DNA of 64,000 bases from Haplodiscus bocki. Lineage: Eukaryota. Of this stretch, positions 50,303 through 62,915 are shown piece by piece (positions within the stretch are counted from its first letter, which is position 1; every line of letters begins with the position of its first letter). The stretch is from contig OZ296652.1 in NCBI GenBank assembly GCA_965655095.1, forward strand, positions 91,946,001-92,010,000, read 5' to 3'. The notes below the pieces were generated by a model. That model saw nothing but the letters and a program-made list of their open reading frames with translations. It was not told the origin of the DNA and did no database searches. The position numbers and the translations under genes are program-made.

Positions 50303-53300
50303 GGGACATACATGTGCTCAAAACACACATTCAATCCTGTTAGTTATTCGTTGCTCTAATTAGCGCCTCCTTTTCTTAGGGTCCAGCGTATGTCTGCATA
50401 ATTCCTTGTCTGCCTAACACGTAACTTGGGCATGCATTGGAAGTAATGTAATGAATATAATTTTTTTGGTGTCAGAACAAAAACCACTCGACACTAATAA
50501 GGCTGGTCTCCTTAAATCTCAAAATATGCGTAGGGATGGCACTTCGGTGTTTATGAAAGTTTTGGATTTTGGAAAAAACTAGAATATAGCGAACGAAAAG
50601 ACGTTTTACAATTAGTTCGTAAAATTGGAATTGATTTTTCCAATTTTTTGAATTTTCAAAGAGGGTGTCACGAAAAAGCAAACGGTTGAAATTGAATCAG
50701 TTTCATGTGAGTCTGTCATCTTATGAATAATAAGCCGAGAAAGGCCAAAGTTGATGGTGTCTTTATGGGTCAATATACTTATTGATGTTTTGAGTCGTTT
50801 TGATTTTTTTTCAGGAAAAATCAGTACACCGAAGAAAAGTGTACCGTCACTCGATTTTAAGTGAGTTGCGAAGGTGGCTGTTAGTACAGTGATGGACAAT
50901 CGAGGAATAAAAGGTGCATCACGAAAGGTTTCCTTTGTACTTTCGGGATAAAATATTATAAATGCAGAGGGCATCCAAGAACCTTTCATGGAAATCTGGA
51001 AAAAGTGGTGAATGATCGAGGGATATACAAAGTGGCGGATAATCTAGAAATGGAGCAGCGGATAATTGAGAGATACACGGGGGATCCGAAAAACGAATAT
51101 TATTGCCTGCGTACAATTTTCCGCTGTTGCAAAGAGTGTCATTAAAATTTTTCGTTTGTTTCCGAAGTTTTTCTGGTATATGCAAAGCGGGTACCATGAG
51201 CATTTGAAACGTTCGACACTATCGGAGGAACAGCCATAACAGAAAATGCAACTATGTCAGCGTTAAAAAAGTTTGATTGAGCACGTCCTTTTACGAAAAA
51301 AGCCACTATAATAGGCGGCCTATTCACTTGAAAGTAACACTCCGGTTTAGAAGTTAAAAACGCGTCATTGAAACACTTGACCTTTTTAGTAAAACTACGA
51401 CTAAAATTGCTATCTCTAGCACAATTTTTCCCAAATTTTGGCATTTTGTTCCAGAATTTTTTGGAGTTGGTAAAATGCAGAAATGAAGAGAAAAAGTAGT
51501 TGCTTCTGATCTAAAGATTCAATACAATTAATTAAACTCGCAAACCCCAGCTTAATGCGGTCGACCCGCGTTTTTATTTCGTATCGTCCACAACTCGCAA
51601 AAAATGATAGTCGGATGAATCTAGTCAAAGTCAAGGATCATTTGGGCTACTGGTTAATGACGACGATAGTGTTTGCTTGGGTACTAAGGCCGTCGTGGTG
51701 CGAATCCTATCTCGGACAAAGTTTCTTGAGCTCGCTATTACCTTCCTGCTCCATTTGGAATCTTTTTCGTAAAAACAACTTTGTTTTCTGCGTTGAGGAT
51801 TTTTTTCACTCGAAATTGAAATTATCTGCGTTTATTGCATGTTTTGACTGAGATTTCAAACTTCTACGAAAAAAAGTAAGTTTTGTATCATTTTCGAAGT
51901 TTAGCCATTCTCGTGACCGGTTAAAAATAAATTCTGCTTGTTACGCCGTATTTTCTCCGCTCCCCCCCCCCCTCACATCTATTTTTTTTGTTTTTTTATT
52001 GGCTTGAGTAGCGTTTTTGATGCTGTGAAATAGGACGGAATAACTAACATCATCTTACCGGAATTTTTGCACTTTTGCCTTCTTCAGCAACAATCCTGCC
52101 AATAGGACGAACTAATATGATACAGAAGATGATGAAGCACAAAAATGGCTAAATTACAGGAAGAAGTTTCAAACTTGCTCTTTAAGGAAGTTTCCGTTGT
52201 TTCAAAGTAAGCAGGAAATAGCTTTTGCGATCCGACTTTTGCGGAATTTCCGCTTGGTTGCCTTCTAATTTCTCTCAGCTACTACTGCTTGGGAAACCAG
52301 TACGAGAGAATCTGAAAGATACGTCCTACCCTAGAGGTTTCCAATGCATTAATTGAGCAATAAATATTAAATATTTTGCTTGAAGATGGACGTTTTTCGC
52401 GTTTTTAATCCCGCAGTAATAGCTTGAATTACGATTTCCGTATAATTTTTCTCGTGTGCATTCCAAATATTCTTTGTGACTAGAATTCCAGTTCAACTAA
52501 AATTAAAGTGTTGAATTTTGATTTTGTCTCAAGTTTTTGAAAGATTTGTGGAAAAATATTTTTTGTGCTCCGCAGTCAGCCTGAAGCTACGTTATTTAGC
52601 AATTTTCCGTACACTTTTTGTAAATTTGCTCCCCATTTAGGCTTTTTAGCTTCAATGGCATCAGTTAGAGATCAAATGTTTTTGCTACTGATACAAATTC
52701 TTCAAGCTTGATTACTGTCAGGTAATATACTCTTTGAGCCATGAGAGAGCATCATTTAGCAGTAGGGCGCTTATGTTTGGTATGGTTCTCCAATAAAAAA
52801 GCTCGTCTTTGAAAACCATTGCTTATCAAAAAAATTTTACTCTTTTTCGCTGTCCAAAAAACTTTGCAGTCCTTGCAAAAATCTCCTAAATGATTTTGTA
52901 TATAATCTGGCAAGTTCCGGTTTTTTTTCTGAGGTAGAATGTCGTTTATACAGTCTGGAATCATTTTGATTCGACAGTTTTCAGCCGGTAATTATGGTTA
53001 GTAGTGCTCCAAAATTTCAGAGTACTGGTGGAATTTTTTTGCCAGGTTTGCAAAGCTCTGCTCATTTTTTTGTTGCACTTGCGCAGGCCAATGTTAAACT
53101 ACAAGCTTCTGCGGACTTCTTGTTGGATCTGTCCCCAACTTGCAAAAATTCCTCAATTTTGATCAAAGAGATGGAAGTATTCGAGTATTGAAACAACAAA
53201 CTTTTGCGGAGCGGTCTCATGCTCTACTGACTGACATTGCAGCTTGAGAATCATTTTTTTTTTCAAAATTTTCAAGCGACTGAAATGTTGTTGCATTTCT

Positions 53301-55255
53301 TGCTTGTGTTCAAGTTGCACAAGTGTCGCGAAGCACAGCTCGCCTCTTTGTTGTAAGTGTACTAACTTAAGAGTTAATCAGATGAAGGAATTAGTGGTAA
53401 TTATACAGGCTAATAAAGCGTGTTCTTTTGTCCCTTTCGAAATTTCTAGTATTTTGACCTGCAACCATTTTTTACTTAGTGTGCAAAAATTTCTTCTCTT
53501 CATTTTTGTCAACAACCCAAGTGAAAAAGAAAAACTCCAGAAATTTCTGAAAAGTTTATGTAGTATCAATGAGTAGCTAGAAAGCTGACGTGGAAAACAA
53601 AAAAGGCAAAATCTAGAAAAAAATATTGGCTGTTTTTGCCTTCTTTGAGGCGCCGAGCTACCCATTTTAGCATAGTTTTGGAGTTGAATAAATAACCTAA
53701 CATGTGTTTTCGAATGAGTGTAGTTTAGATAAATTGCTGGTTAGGTGATTGGGAAAAAATGTGAAAGTTGCAAAAACATGAGAAATTAAGTGTTTTCGCT
53801 TTTTCGAAAGCACCAAAATACCTTTTTTGGCAACTGCTTTTCGATTTTCGCAAGATGCCAAAATCTTGTTTTTGATCCGGAATTTTTGCAATTTAGTCCG
53901 AAAAAGTTGCTCGAAAGCCTATTTTAAATCAAATTTGTGGAAAAAATGGGGTATTTCGTTCGCCAATTTTTCAAAATTTCGGAAATATTGTACTTTTATC
54001 ATTCTGGTCTGAATCTGAAACTTGCTTCTCTAACCGGCTTCATTTCTACCATGGGTGCCTCAATCAGGTGTTTTTTTTTCGTGAAGAAGAATTCAACATG
54101 AAAGTTCCAGGTTCGATTATTTCCCTGGAAAGCTGATAGGCTGCACCCGCCAAAAACTTTTTTGGTCCTTAATATTCTGGATTTTGAAACTTATATTTCC
54201 TCAAGCTACTGTCTCTGAGCATCGAGGTGTCTTTCGTCAGCTTTTTCCGGTAGATGATTTCATAAAAGGCAAAAAATCCAACAACTGCTGTTGTTTGGAA
54301 AATTGCATGTATTGAAAATGCCGTTTTTTTTCATAATTTTGTCATTTTTTGGATCGATCGTTTCTTAGACATTGTCGCCGGAAATTGTAGCAGCGTTGCT
54401 GCGCCTTTTGTTTTTTACCTTGTAATATAATACGAGAGGAAAATCTTCAATTCAGTGCGTAGACTTTTTGTTTCGGTTTTCAGAGCACCAGTTTTTGTCT
54501 CTATGTTTCTCGAAGTTTTCAGCAGTTCCATTTTTGAACCATTTCTGACCTACCGTCGACTGAAAATATCGCAGCGCTGCTGCGCCTCATCTTTTGTATC
54601 AAGTTAATCTGAATTCGGTGCTTTAAAATTAATTTGAAATCTACAAGGAAGACTCCAAAGCAACAGGCAAACAGTACGCAGCAGAAGAGCGGATAATTCG
54701 ATGGGGTCTCAAAAAAAGCCACGTGAATAGTCGCTATTTACAAGCGCCAACTAAAAAGTGTGATTATATGTGGCTACGCCCTATTCTAATTTTCGAGCAA
54801 TTTAATTAGCTGAAATACTCGGTGTTCTTCTCGACCGCTGTAGATTGCGAGATTGGACTGCTCGAAGGCTATGTCTCGAGGCCTTTTTGCTTGCTCCGTG
54901 TAGCTTAGTGACACTCATATAAAGTTTGACTTTGACTAATTTCGGTAGTCTTAGAAAACCATTTTAATAGTGAGATACATTTTTGTGCAAGCCTGTTTCC
55001 AAGTTTGATTTTGATTTAAAGTTACTGTTGCCAATTTGTTTTCGGACGCTTTCTGATTTCTTGGTCGTGATAATTTGTGACTGTACCTCTTAGAATTACA
55101 CCTCCCCCTCCCCAATGATTTGGGACGCTGGTGTATGCTGAATATGAAGCTACTATCCATTCGGCTTTATCACCAAATGGTAAACTCATGCTCCTCCAAT
55201 AGACAGGCATGGTAGGGATTGCATTTGAGTAAAAACTATAGAGCACATATTCAAC

Positions 55256-55628
55256 CTGTATTCGGCTGTGGTTCTGTCTTTGATTGATCTGTGACTGCTT
55301 GCTCTTGTTAGAGTATCTCCTCGGCTCGGAGCATGCAAGTACTCCTGGGAAACTTCAATGGGCGTCAAACCCTCTTTATATTTGGCACAAAGTTCTTCAT
55401 CAAATTCTTCTGTTGGCTTCTCGAATTGTTTGCTCGAAGGAAACAGCTTCTCAATTTTGGGGGTTTTCATGAACGATGAGTTTTGCGATGCCACCGAATC
55501 GCACTGTGAGAGCAAACTTTCATCCAGTTGGTTCAGACATACAACAATCTGTCGTCTGATCTCGTTTCGTTTGTTGAAGGTCTCGTTATATTTGGCAGAG
55601 CAAGACGCGTCATTAAATGGCAGAAAGT
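55256..55628 (-). CDS. Putative internal exon of host gene
   Basis: Acceptor gtttcag, open frame FLPFNDASCSAKYNETF...KDRTTAEY, donor ag|gttgaa (weak). Phase 1 in, phase 2 out. Confidence 0.55.
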
Positions 55629-56548
55629 CTGAAACAAGTAGTAGTCCATGGTGTCATAGCAAAAAGACGCAGTAGTAGAAAAAAATACACAAAGATTGAG
55701 TTTTAAGAGACCATTATGGAAGAATTTTGTGCCGAAGAGCTCGCGTGAAATTTATCATTTTTCGTGTTTGAATATTGGAGCCATTTTGCTGCCCGCCGCG
55801 TGGAACCGCTATCAGTTCCATCAATTAAAAGCTCAAGTTAAGCACTATTATCTGACGTCAGTGGTGACTTTTTCTGATTATGTTTCAGGAAGTCAAGTCT
55901 AATTTGATGGGTTTCTGAGAATTGAACGATGCGTTTGCATGGAGAAGAAATAGCCAATTTTCATAAATATTTTCGGCAGCAATTTTAAATTGGGGTAAAC
56001 TTTCGAGATTTTAAAAGGCCCAGCTCCCTGATACTTGGGCGAAAAAGAACAGGCAAAAATCGGCGCCGCCCTTAATTTGAGCGCAAAATTCTCAAAGGGG
56101 AGGGAAAGTTTTTGTTTTGAATAGTTCGGTTTTTCAAAAAAAATCTGTGTACGGAACTGAAATAAAGTAGTCCAGCGATTTTCCGCTAGCATTTGCACAG
56201 CAAGTTTTGGCGGATAACACTAAGGGCGGTTAGCTAAGAGTCGGTACAAGCTCCATTGTCTTATGAACAGTAAAGCAGTAAAAATTGTAGTATTGTCGAA
56301 CGGGTAAATATAGTTTGGCGGTTTTTACTTCAACCAAAAGGAGCTAGATGCCGGATATTCGAATGGCGGAAAATCAAAGTACATGCAGTAGTAAGCATAG
56401 TAAGAAGAAGAATGGTAAAGGGATAAGTGGACCATTAAGTGGGGGTCTAAAAATCATGAAAAGTCACATCTATAGTCGGCTTGTTTCACTCGCTGACTAA
56501 AATTGGTAATCTAAATGTTTCACCACAAAAATGTCAAAAGCATTTTAC

Positions 56549-56722
56549 CGTTTGAGTGCTGAGGTTTTGGCAGGTGTGAGTTTTCGTCACTCTGGGTTGT
56601 GTAGTTTGCAGGTTGTTTAGTTGTGTTGTTCGCTGGAGGTATTCTTGCTGAGCTCAGACAATTACTGCTGAGAATGGGAGTGGTCTCGGCTGTGAGAAGA
56701 GGTCTATTGAAGGGCGAGTGGG
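56549..56722 (-). CDS. Putative internal exon of host gene
   Basis: Acceptor gtgcag after a pyrimidine tract, open frame HSPFNRPLLTAETTPIL...PKPQHSN, donor gtaaaa. Phase 1 in and out. Confidence 0.55.
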
Positions 56723-57647
56723 CTGCACGACAAGCAGAAACATGAAAACAAAACTATTGCAAGAGAAGAAAGAAACAGTGGGTGATTGGAAATCGACCAC
56801 TGGAACAACTCGCGAATTTGTTAGCCAGTTGGTAGAGAAACTTTGATCATCTACTGGAGGGGGAACTTTCTATACTAAAAGTCTGTATAGTAGTTTACCT
56901 ACGTAGTAAAATGAAAGTGCCGACCTATAAGGATATAAGCAAATCTCTGCATCTTTGTTTTGGAAAAACATGTCACGCTGCGTGTCTTCAGCTCGTTATG
57001 TTATATGAGCTAGGTTTGTTTGAAAGAAATAATTGCTGCTTGTGATAATTTGCATTTTTATGGGAGGATTACTGTATAAAAACAGAAGCTTAGTTGAGAA
57101 TTTTAATCGCAAAATAGTTGGCAGTTGGGAAACTTCACATCCAAACATGTTCTCTACCCTGGGAGGTGATCAAATTTTCATCGAAACGGCCCTGACATTG
57201 CTAAATCTCTAATTTAGCGATCGCTATATCGCTATTTATGGTAGTCTAAATTCGTTAAAATCACGACTTTAGCCAGATTTTTCAGCCTTCTCATGATTTA
57301 GGACATGTTATATCACCAAGAAATATTGAAATAACGTTGATGATTTCTAAAAAGGACGCCAATAGACTTCGTCAAAGTATCCTTGCTATCGTTCGAGTCA
57401 TTTTTGTCAAGCCTTCATCACAAATTCAGCAGCTTCAATCCTCATTGGTATCCTGGGAAAGAGAACATTCTGTCTGAAAAACTGCTGATAAAATGATTAC
57501 CCCTAAATTCAAATCGGTAACAAAATGCTTCGCTAAACCGTAATTGAACCCTGCATCCAAAGAGTTCTGTTTTCTGTCAACTATTTGGGTTTTACTGGCC
57601 ATTCAAGATGTTAAATGATGTAATTCGTAATCATTGAGCGGAACAGT

Positions 57648-58130
57648 AACAAGACGGCCGGCAACCACGGACATTTTTTACGCCTTCCCATTTTTGTAAA
57701 GAAGGCTCTTAAAAAGATGAAATCGAAAAAACACTCCCTCTTCATCATATTCTCTTATTTTTCTCACCTGAAAAATTTTCTGATTTTTTGCCAAAAAAAC
57801 CTCATAATTAGGGCAGGAAAAACATTTTTAAGAAATCATACCATTTGATAGGCATTCTACAGCAAATTTACCACCTTTAGTCATTTTGAAAAAAAATGAA
57901 TTTTTTTCGAAAAAATTCTATTTTCAAGAGAAACCCAAATTTTGAACGGTTTGGGAAATCTTACTATTTCAGTCGCATTCTACGGCAAATTTGCTACAAT
58001 TTGGTGAAAAAAATTCACGTATAGAGACATGACCTAACATCGTGAACGCAATTGGCAAACAGCGGGTAAAAAACGTTCTCGTTGAGTGGAGGATTTGCTC
58101 CCATATTATGTAATATGGCGCAAAATAATA
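57648..58130 (-). mobile_element. HINE family A copy 4 (intronic)
   Basis: AACAAGACGGCCGGC...TTTTACGCC...ATGGCGCAAAATAA. Confidence 0.75.
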
Positions 58131-58142
58131 AAGTTGACATAC

Positions 58143-58432
58143 CCTCTACTCGTGAACTACTTTGAGCCGAATGTAGGAAGTCTTCTTTGCCATTGGATGA
58201 CAAACTACATGTACTATTGAGTATTTCCGTCAAGAAACACTTCTCATTGGCAGCGATGATGTCACCGAATTGACTCGGCAGGTTAAGTGTTGTGCTATTA
58301 AGAGGGTAATTTTCCTCACGTTCCACTTTTTCTCTATCCAGGGCAATCAATTTTTGTCTCAGGATCTCCCCGGCTGCTTGACCCACGCTACTTCTTTGTG
58401 TGGAAACTAAGGATGTGGCCGTCGGGCGGGCG
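58143..58432 (-). CDS. Putative internal exon of host gene
   Basis: Acceptor tttttag, open frame ARPTATSLVSTQRSSVGQAAGEILRQKL...SSRVE, canonical donor gtatgt. Phase 1 out. Confidence 0.6.
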
Positions 58433-58919
58433 CTAAAAATGAGAAAACACGTTGCTACAACGCAAATGATTGATAGTGATAGCTGCTTCCGTATGAAAAT
58501 ACATCAGAAAAGTCCCCAACTGTTACTAGCTATTTCGAATGTCACTGGTTTTTTAAACTTTAGCCGTTTTTTAACTGACAATAATGGTTTGGTTTGTGCA
58601 TGACGAGTGGAGCGTTGAATCAAAATTTTGATTAAAAAAAACGAAAGGAGCTACCCAGTTTAGATCCATTGAAAACAGCTTCCGAAATCTCAAATGATTG
58701 GAAACTAAAGATTCTGAGGCGACAGCTTTTTCGTCTGCTCCCACACTGAACTGGTATACTCAAATTTTCATACAACAAAAATTCTACTTATTTTCCAGCG
58801 AAAAATTTTTTTCGAAAGGAAAATATTCAACTCAGTAGTCGGCGTTTTTTTCCTTTTCCTGAAATTGCCCATGACGCGCAGAGTTCAAGTCTGCAGAGCC
58901 GTTAGTACCTTGATTAATA

Positions 58920-58995
58920 CAAATATGTGGGCGTCACTGGAGTTAGGCAGCCACAGGTGGCGTGTTCGAATCCCGCTATCCGCCATATTTTTTAC
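58920..58995 (+). repeat. tRNA-derived Pol III cassette relic
   Basis: B-box GTTCGAATCCC followed by CATATTTTTT, the same tail style as the other cassettes. Confidence 0.4.
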
Positions 58996-59599
58996 TTATG
59001 TTTAGATACTCGTAAAGCCATTCTTATTTTTTATTACCAAAAAACGGCTTTTTCGACAAAATTTAGGGTTTTTTGATAAGGGGGCTCTATTTTTCTCAAA
59101 AATTATCCATTTTCCGACCTAATTGAAGCAAATCGGTATTTCTCAATTTTTTTCGAAAAATTGATAAAAAATGGATTTTCAAAAAGCCGAAATAAAGTTA
59201 AAGTTTGAAAATCGGTCAAAAAATTTAACTAGAAATGCAAAAATTTGAACTTTTTTTCAGTTTAGGGTATAAGTTTTCTTCCACTACCGTAGTTTTTCCA
59301 CTGTCAGAAATTGCGATGTTTCTTCGAAAATACTTCTACTGGAACATGTCCTTCTGTGATCCCCAGATTGAGGGATTACCACTCAATTAGTATTGAATTT
59401 CCACTATATTGCAACTCATTTTCTCCAAGATTTCAATGCTCAAACCTCCCATTCAGGTCTCAATCAGAAACATTCCATCTGTAAAAGAGTACTACTTGCA
59501 AAAATCGGTGGTTTTGTTTCTTGTGTCACAATCCCTAAAGTCCGAAGGTTCTGAGAAATGCCATCGTTATATATATATATATATATCTCGTCATTCAAA

Positions 59600-61780
59600 T
59601 TGACATTTTTCAGCAACTACAGGTTTGAGTTCATCAATCAAAATCTCAATTGAAAGCCTTACTCTTGTAGAGGCAGATTCGATTGCGAAACCTTTGATAT
59701 TGATCCTTGCATCAAAATCATGTTGGTCCAAATTTTCCAGAAAGTTGTTATAAAAATGATTCAACTCGAGTATCGAAATGGCGTTTCTCCGTAACTACTG
59801 GTTGGTTTTCTTTCATGAGGGTCACAAACGGCAACTTCAGTTCTACGGAAAAAGACTCGATCCAAATTTCAGTCGGCTGATTTTTTGCATCTTGATCTGG
59901 GGACTCCCAAGAATCGATTTTTTTTACTTTTTCACTTTTGTCGATTTTCAATCTCTTATTTCCCTAAACTACAGGTTTGATTTCTTCCACAAATGCCTCA
60001 ATTGAAAACCTTACTCCTGTAGAGGAGGATTCGTTTGAAAAACTTTTGATATTGATCCCTGCATCTTGATCTTGATAGTCCGAAAGTTGTTATTAAAAAT
60101 GATTCATCTCGATTGTCGAAATGAAGTTTGTCCGTAACTACAGGTTTGATTTCCATCATGAGGGTCACAATCGGCAACCTTGAACTCAGAGAAAACGCTT
60201 CGATTCGATTTTCGGTCCACTGGTTTTTTCCATCAATTTCTGCACATTCCCAAAAGTCGAAAGTGTTTTTATTGACTTATGTCGATATTCAATCTCATAT
60301 TTCTCTATAACTATAAGCCTATTTTCTTCCAGCCAAGTCTCAATCGAAAGCCTGAAGATTTTGCAGTAATATTCACTTGGATACTCAGTCGCTTTGATCT
60401 TTGCCACAGAATTTTGATTCGTCTCCATATTCAATCCAATATTTCTCTGTAACTACAGGCCTCAATTTTCTGTCAATGTCTCAATCGGACCAATAATACT
60501 TTTGGTGGAGATTTGGATTTGGAAGTTGTTTTCTGTCTTCCTTGAATTAGAATTGCGGTAGTAGGAGAACTCCAAGTTGCGCTATTACTTCTGATTTATC
60601 ACGAGAGACAAACACTTTTTTTTCTGTTACTACAAGTCTAGTTTCCTTCATGAAAATCCAAAACCGGCAGATTGATAGCTGCAGAGATAAAGTGGCTGCT
60701 AAAAGCAAATATTTTGTTCTTTGTATTGGAATAGTGTTAATTCAGGATTGCCAAACAACTGCTAATGATTCCGATAATATTTTTATCGATTTCAACTACT
60801 AGTCCTCCATAAACACTGACTTGATTTTTAGCTGCAAGATATCAATCTATGGTTCTTTTGGTAGACAACTCGATTTTCTTTATCTTGAGTTCGTTCCATG
60901 TGTCGCAATCCTGATAGTCGGGGAATTCCAAAGAAGACTCCCTGTAATGAAAAATTTCTTCATTCAGACTCATGTATCTCCATAACGACGGGCTTGTTTT
61001 TTCCACCAAAGGTCGTAATCGAAAAGTCTCTACTCTTGGAGGAATTTTGGGTAGAAACAGTATGAACTCTGATGCTCCATTGGAATCGTGGAATTGAAAT
61101 CGCCAGAAGGTCTGTTAATCTGGACTCATCTCGATTTTCATGCTCGTTTTTCTCCAAAAATACTGACTTGAGTTCTTTCTTCAAGGTCTAAGTTTTTAGT
61201 TTCCTACTTTGTCTGCATATTTCCAATATAATTTTTTTTCATCCATTCAGTGGAATTCTGAGTGACCAGACAGGACAAAAAGTGTTGTTGCTCTTGACAA
61301 GGCTCGATAATCAATCTCATATTTCTTCAGCTCTGTTTCCTTAATTTCTATTCAACGTGTCAATCGATAGTTTTTTACTTGAAGCAGACTGTTCGTTCCT
61401 AAAAAAAAAACTTGAGAATTCCTTTTTACATTGGAATTGGTGTCCTGATTGACCATATGTGGCAAAGGTTTTATTAGTGAGTTATCTTGTTGTTCCAACT
61501 CGACCTTCTTGAAAACAACTTTTTTGAATTCGTCTATCAAGGTGTGAATTGGCGGTGACATCTTTTTGAATGTTCATTCGATGGAACAAATTCTGACTAT
61601 TTCCCTTAGATTGGAATGTTAATAAGTTAAAGATGCAAACAGGTTCAATTCTTGTGCTTAGTATGTCGATTTTCAAACTGATTAATCTCTGAAACAATCG
61701 GCTTGAATTCCTTCGACAAGATCTCCATCGAGATTTTTTTGGTCAAAGATCTCCATCGAGATTTTTTTGGTCAAGTTTGG
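59600..61780. repeat. Degenerate satellite, ~175-bp monomer with dimeric (~350-bp) higher-order structure
   Basis: Anchor (T/C)AACTACAGGTTTGA(T/G)TTC near 59614, 59792, 59965, 60135, 60308, 60450, 60627, 60983 and 61158. Monomers 1/3 and 2/4 share distinctive downstream sequence. Confidence 0.7.
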
Positions 61781-61999
61781 TTTATGTGTAAAAATGATTT
61801 GTTTGCCCGACCAGTTTTTCATCCGCCACAATGACAGAAAATATCGCAGTGAGACTGAGCGTCTTGTATAATTCTTTTTTATTGTGACGTAGCCTTGTTA
61901 TTTTTGCCACATTCTTTTAAATATGTTTGGAAAATTTTTCATTCAGTAGGGTCGTTTTTTTAATCCATTTTAGCCAACTTTTTATTCAAAAATAAATCT

Positions 62000-62190
62000 C
62001 AGCAGTGGCTTAGGACAAAAATTTTCGATCAGTAATTCTGGGTTTGAATCTCTGCCGTCTCATATATTTTTATGATTTCACTGACACTTGTCAGAAGCTC
62101 CAGTGGTTTCCATGGCACAGTGGGTAGGACAATAGGGTTCTGAAACGCTAGGTACGGGTTGGAATCCTTGCATTTACGTCTACATTTTTA
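62000..62190 (+). repeat. Two tandem tRNA(Gln-like)-derived cassettes
   Basis: CAGCAGTGGCTTAGGACAA...GGGTTTGAATCTCTGCCG...TTTTT and GGTTTCCATGGCACAGTGGGTAGGACAATAGGGTTCTGAAACGCTAGGTACGGGTTGGAATCC...TTTTT. Confidence 0.55.
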
Positions 62191-62477
62191 CTTTAATGGT
62201 ACAATTTCGAAATGTGAGGGTTGTTTTCTTTCTACTCCTGTCAAAACTAATATTTTCTGTCGGTTTCTAGTCTGTGATTTATGAAATAGAAGGCTGACTT
62301 TTGTAGTAATTTTGTTTTGTTACATTGTTAATATTAATATTAATAATATTATTTTTTCAAGATCACAACGATTTTTCTACCCCTCCCCTGATTGTTTCCC
62401 CAGCATAATGGTTCAAGGCATGCAACTGCATTCTATGCCAGGCTCAAGCGAGTACTTACAAATAGCAAAAAAATCTA

Positions 62478-62915
62478 AAATTTCGGTACTTTGAGACAAA
62501 AATTTCTCGAAGGAAAATCGTCATATCCCCTCTTATGCAGTAAGGTTTTCGATACCAGAAACTTTCCGAAACCCGCAAAGATTCCCCTATAAAGTCTTCC
62601 AGTACTCTCAGACGAAAATTTTTGATGAAAATTCGTGAAAACCCTGTTTAGCCTAGTGTTTTCGTACCAGAAACTTTCATAAACAGCAAAGTGGACCCTC
62701 ATGATTTTTTTCTTGGCAGACGATAAATTATCGACATCTTATTGAGATACCTCTTCTGTGGTTCACCAATATCTTCGCACTGGACAAGTAGGCATCGCCG
62801 GATTTACCAGAAACTTCCAGAAAAACCAGAACGGCTCCCTTACTAATTTCTCGGTACTGTGAGACAAAAAGTCCCCAACATTTTTGTCGATACCCTCCTA
62901 TGGTTTACCGAAGCT
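62478..62915. repeat. Degenerate ~120-bp tandem repeat
   Basis: Recurring TACCAGAAACTT(T/C)C (62553, 62666, 62806) and CGGTACT(T/G)TGAGACAAAAA (62484, 62852). Confidence 0.6.

Noticed and set aside
55236-55255. Possible 20-nt micro-intron (GT...AG) linking to a further open frame; a similar one near 41003-41022
   Set aside because: Only one of the two restores a frame, which is expected by chance, and there is no transcript evidence.
58015-58142. C-terminal part of the 123-aa ORF (and similar ORFs at 8231, 45124, 45221, 46113)
   Set aside because: Read-through into HINE family A repeats; shared peptides reflect the repeat, not a protein family.
62100-62175. Functional tRNA-Gln gene
   Set aside because: Acceptor and anticodon stems do not pair and the T-loop is mutated (GTTGGAATC); treated as a derived cassette.
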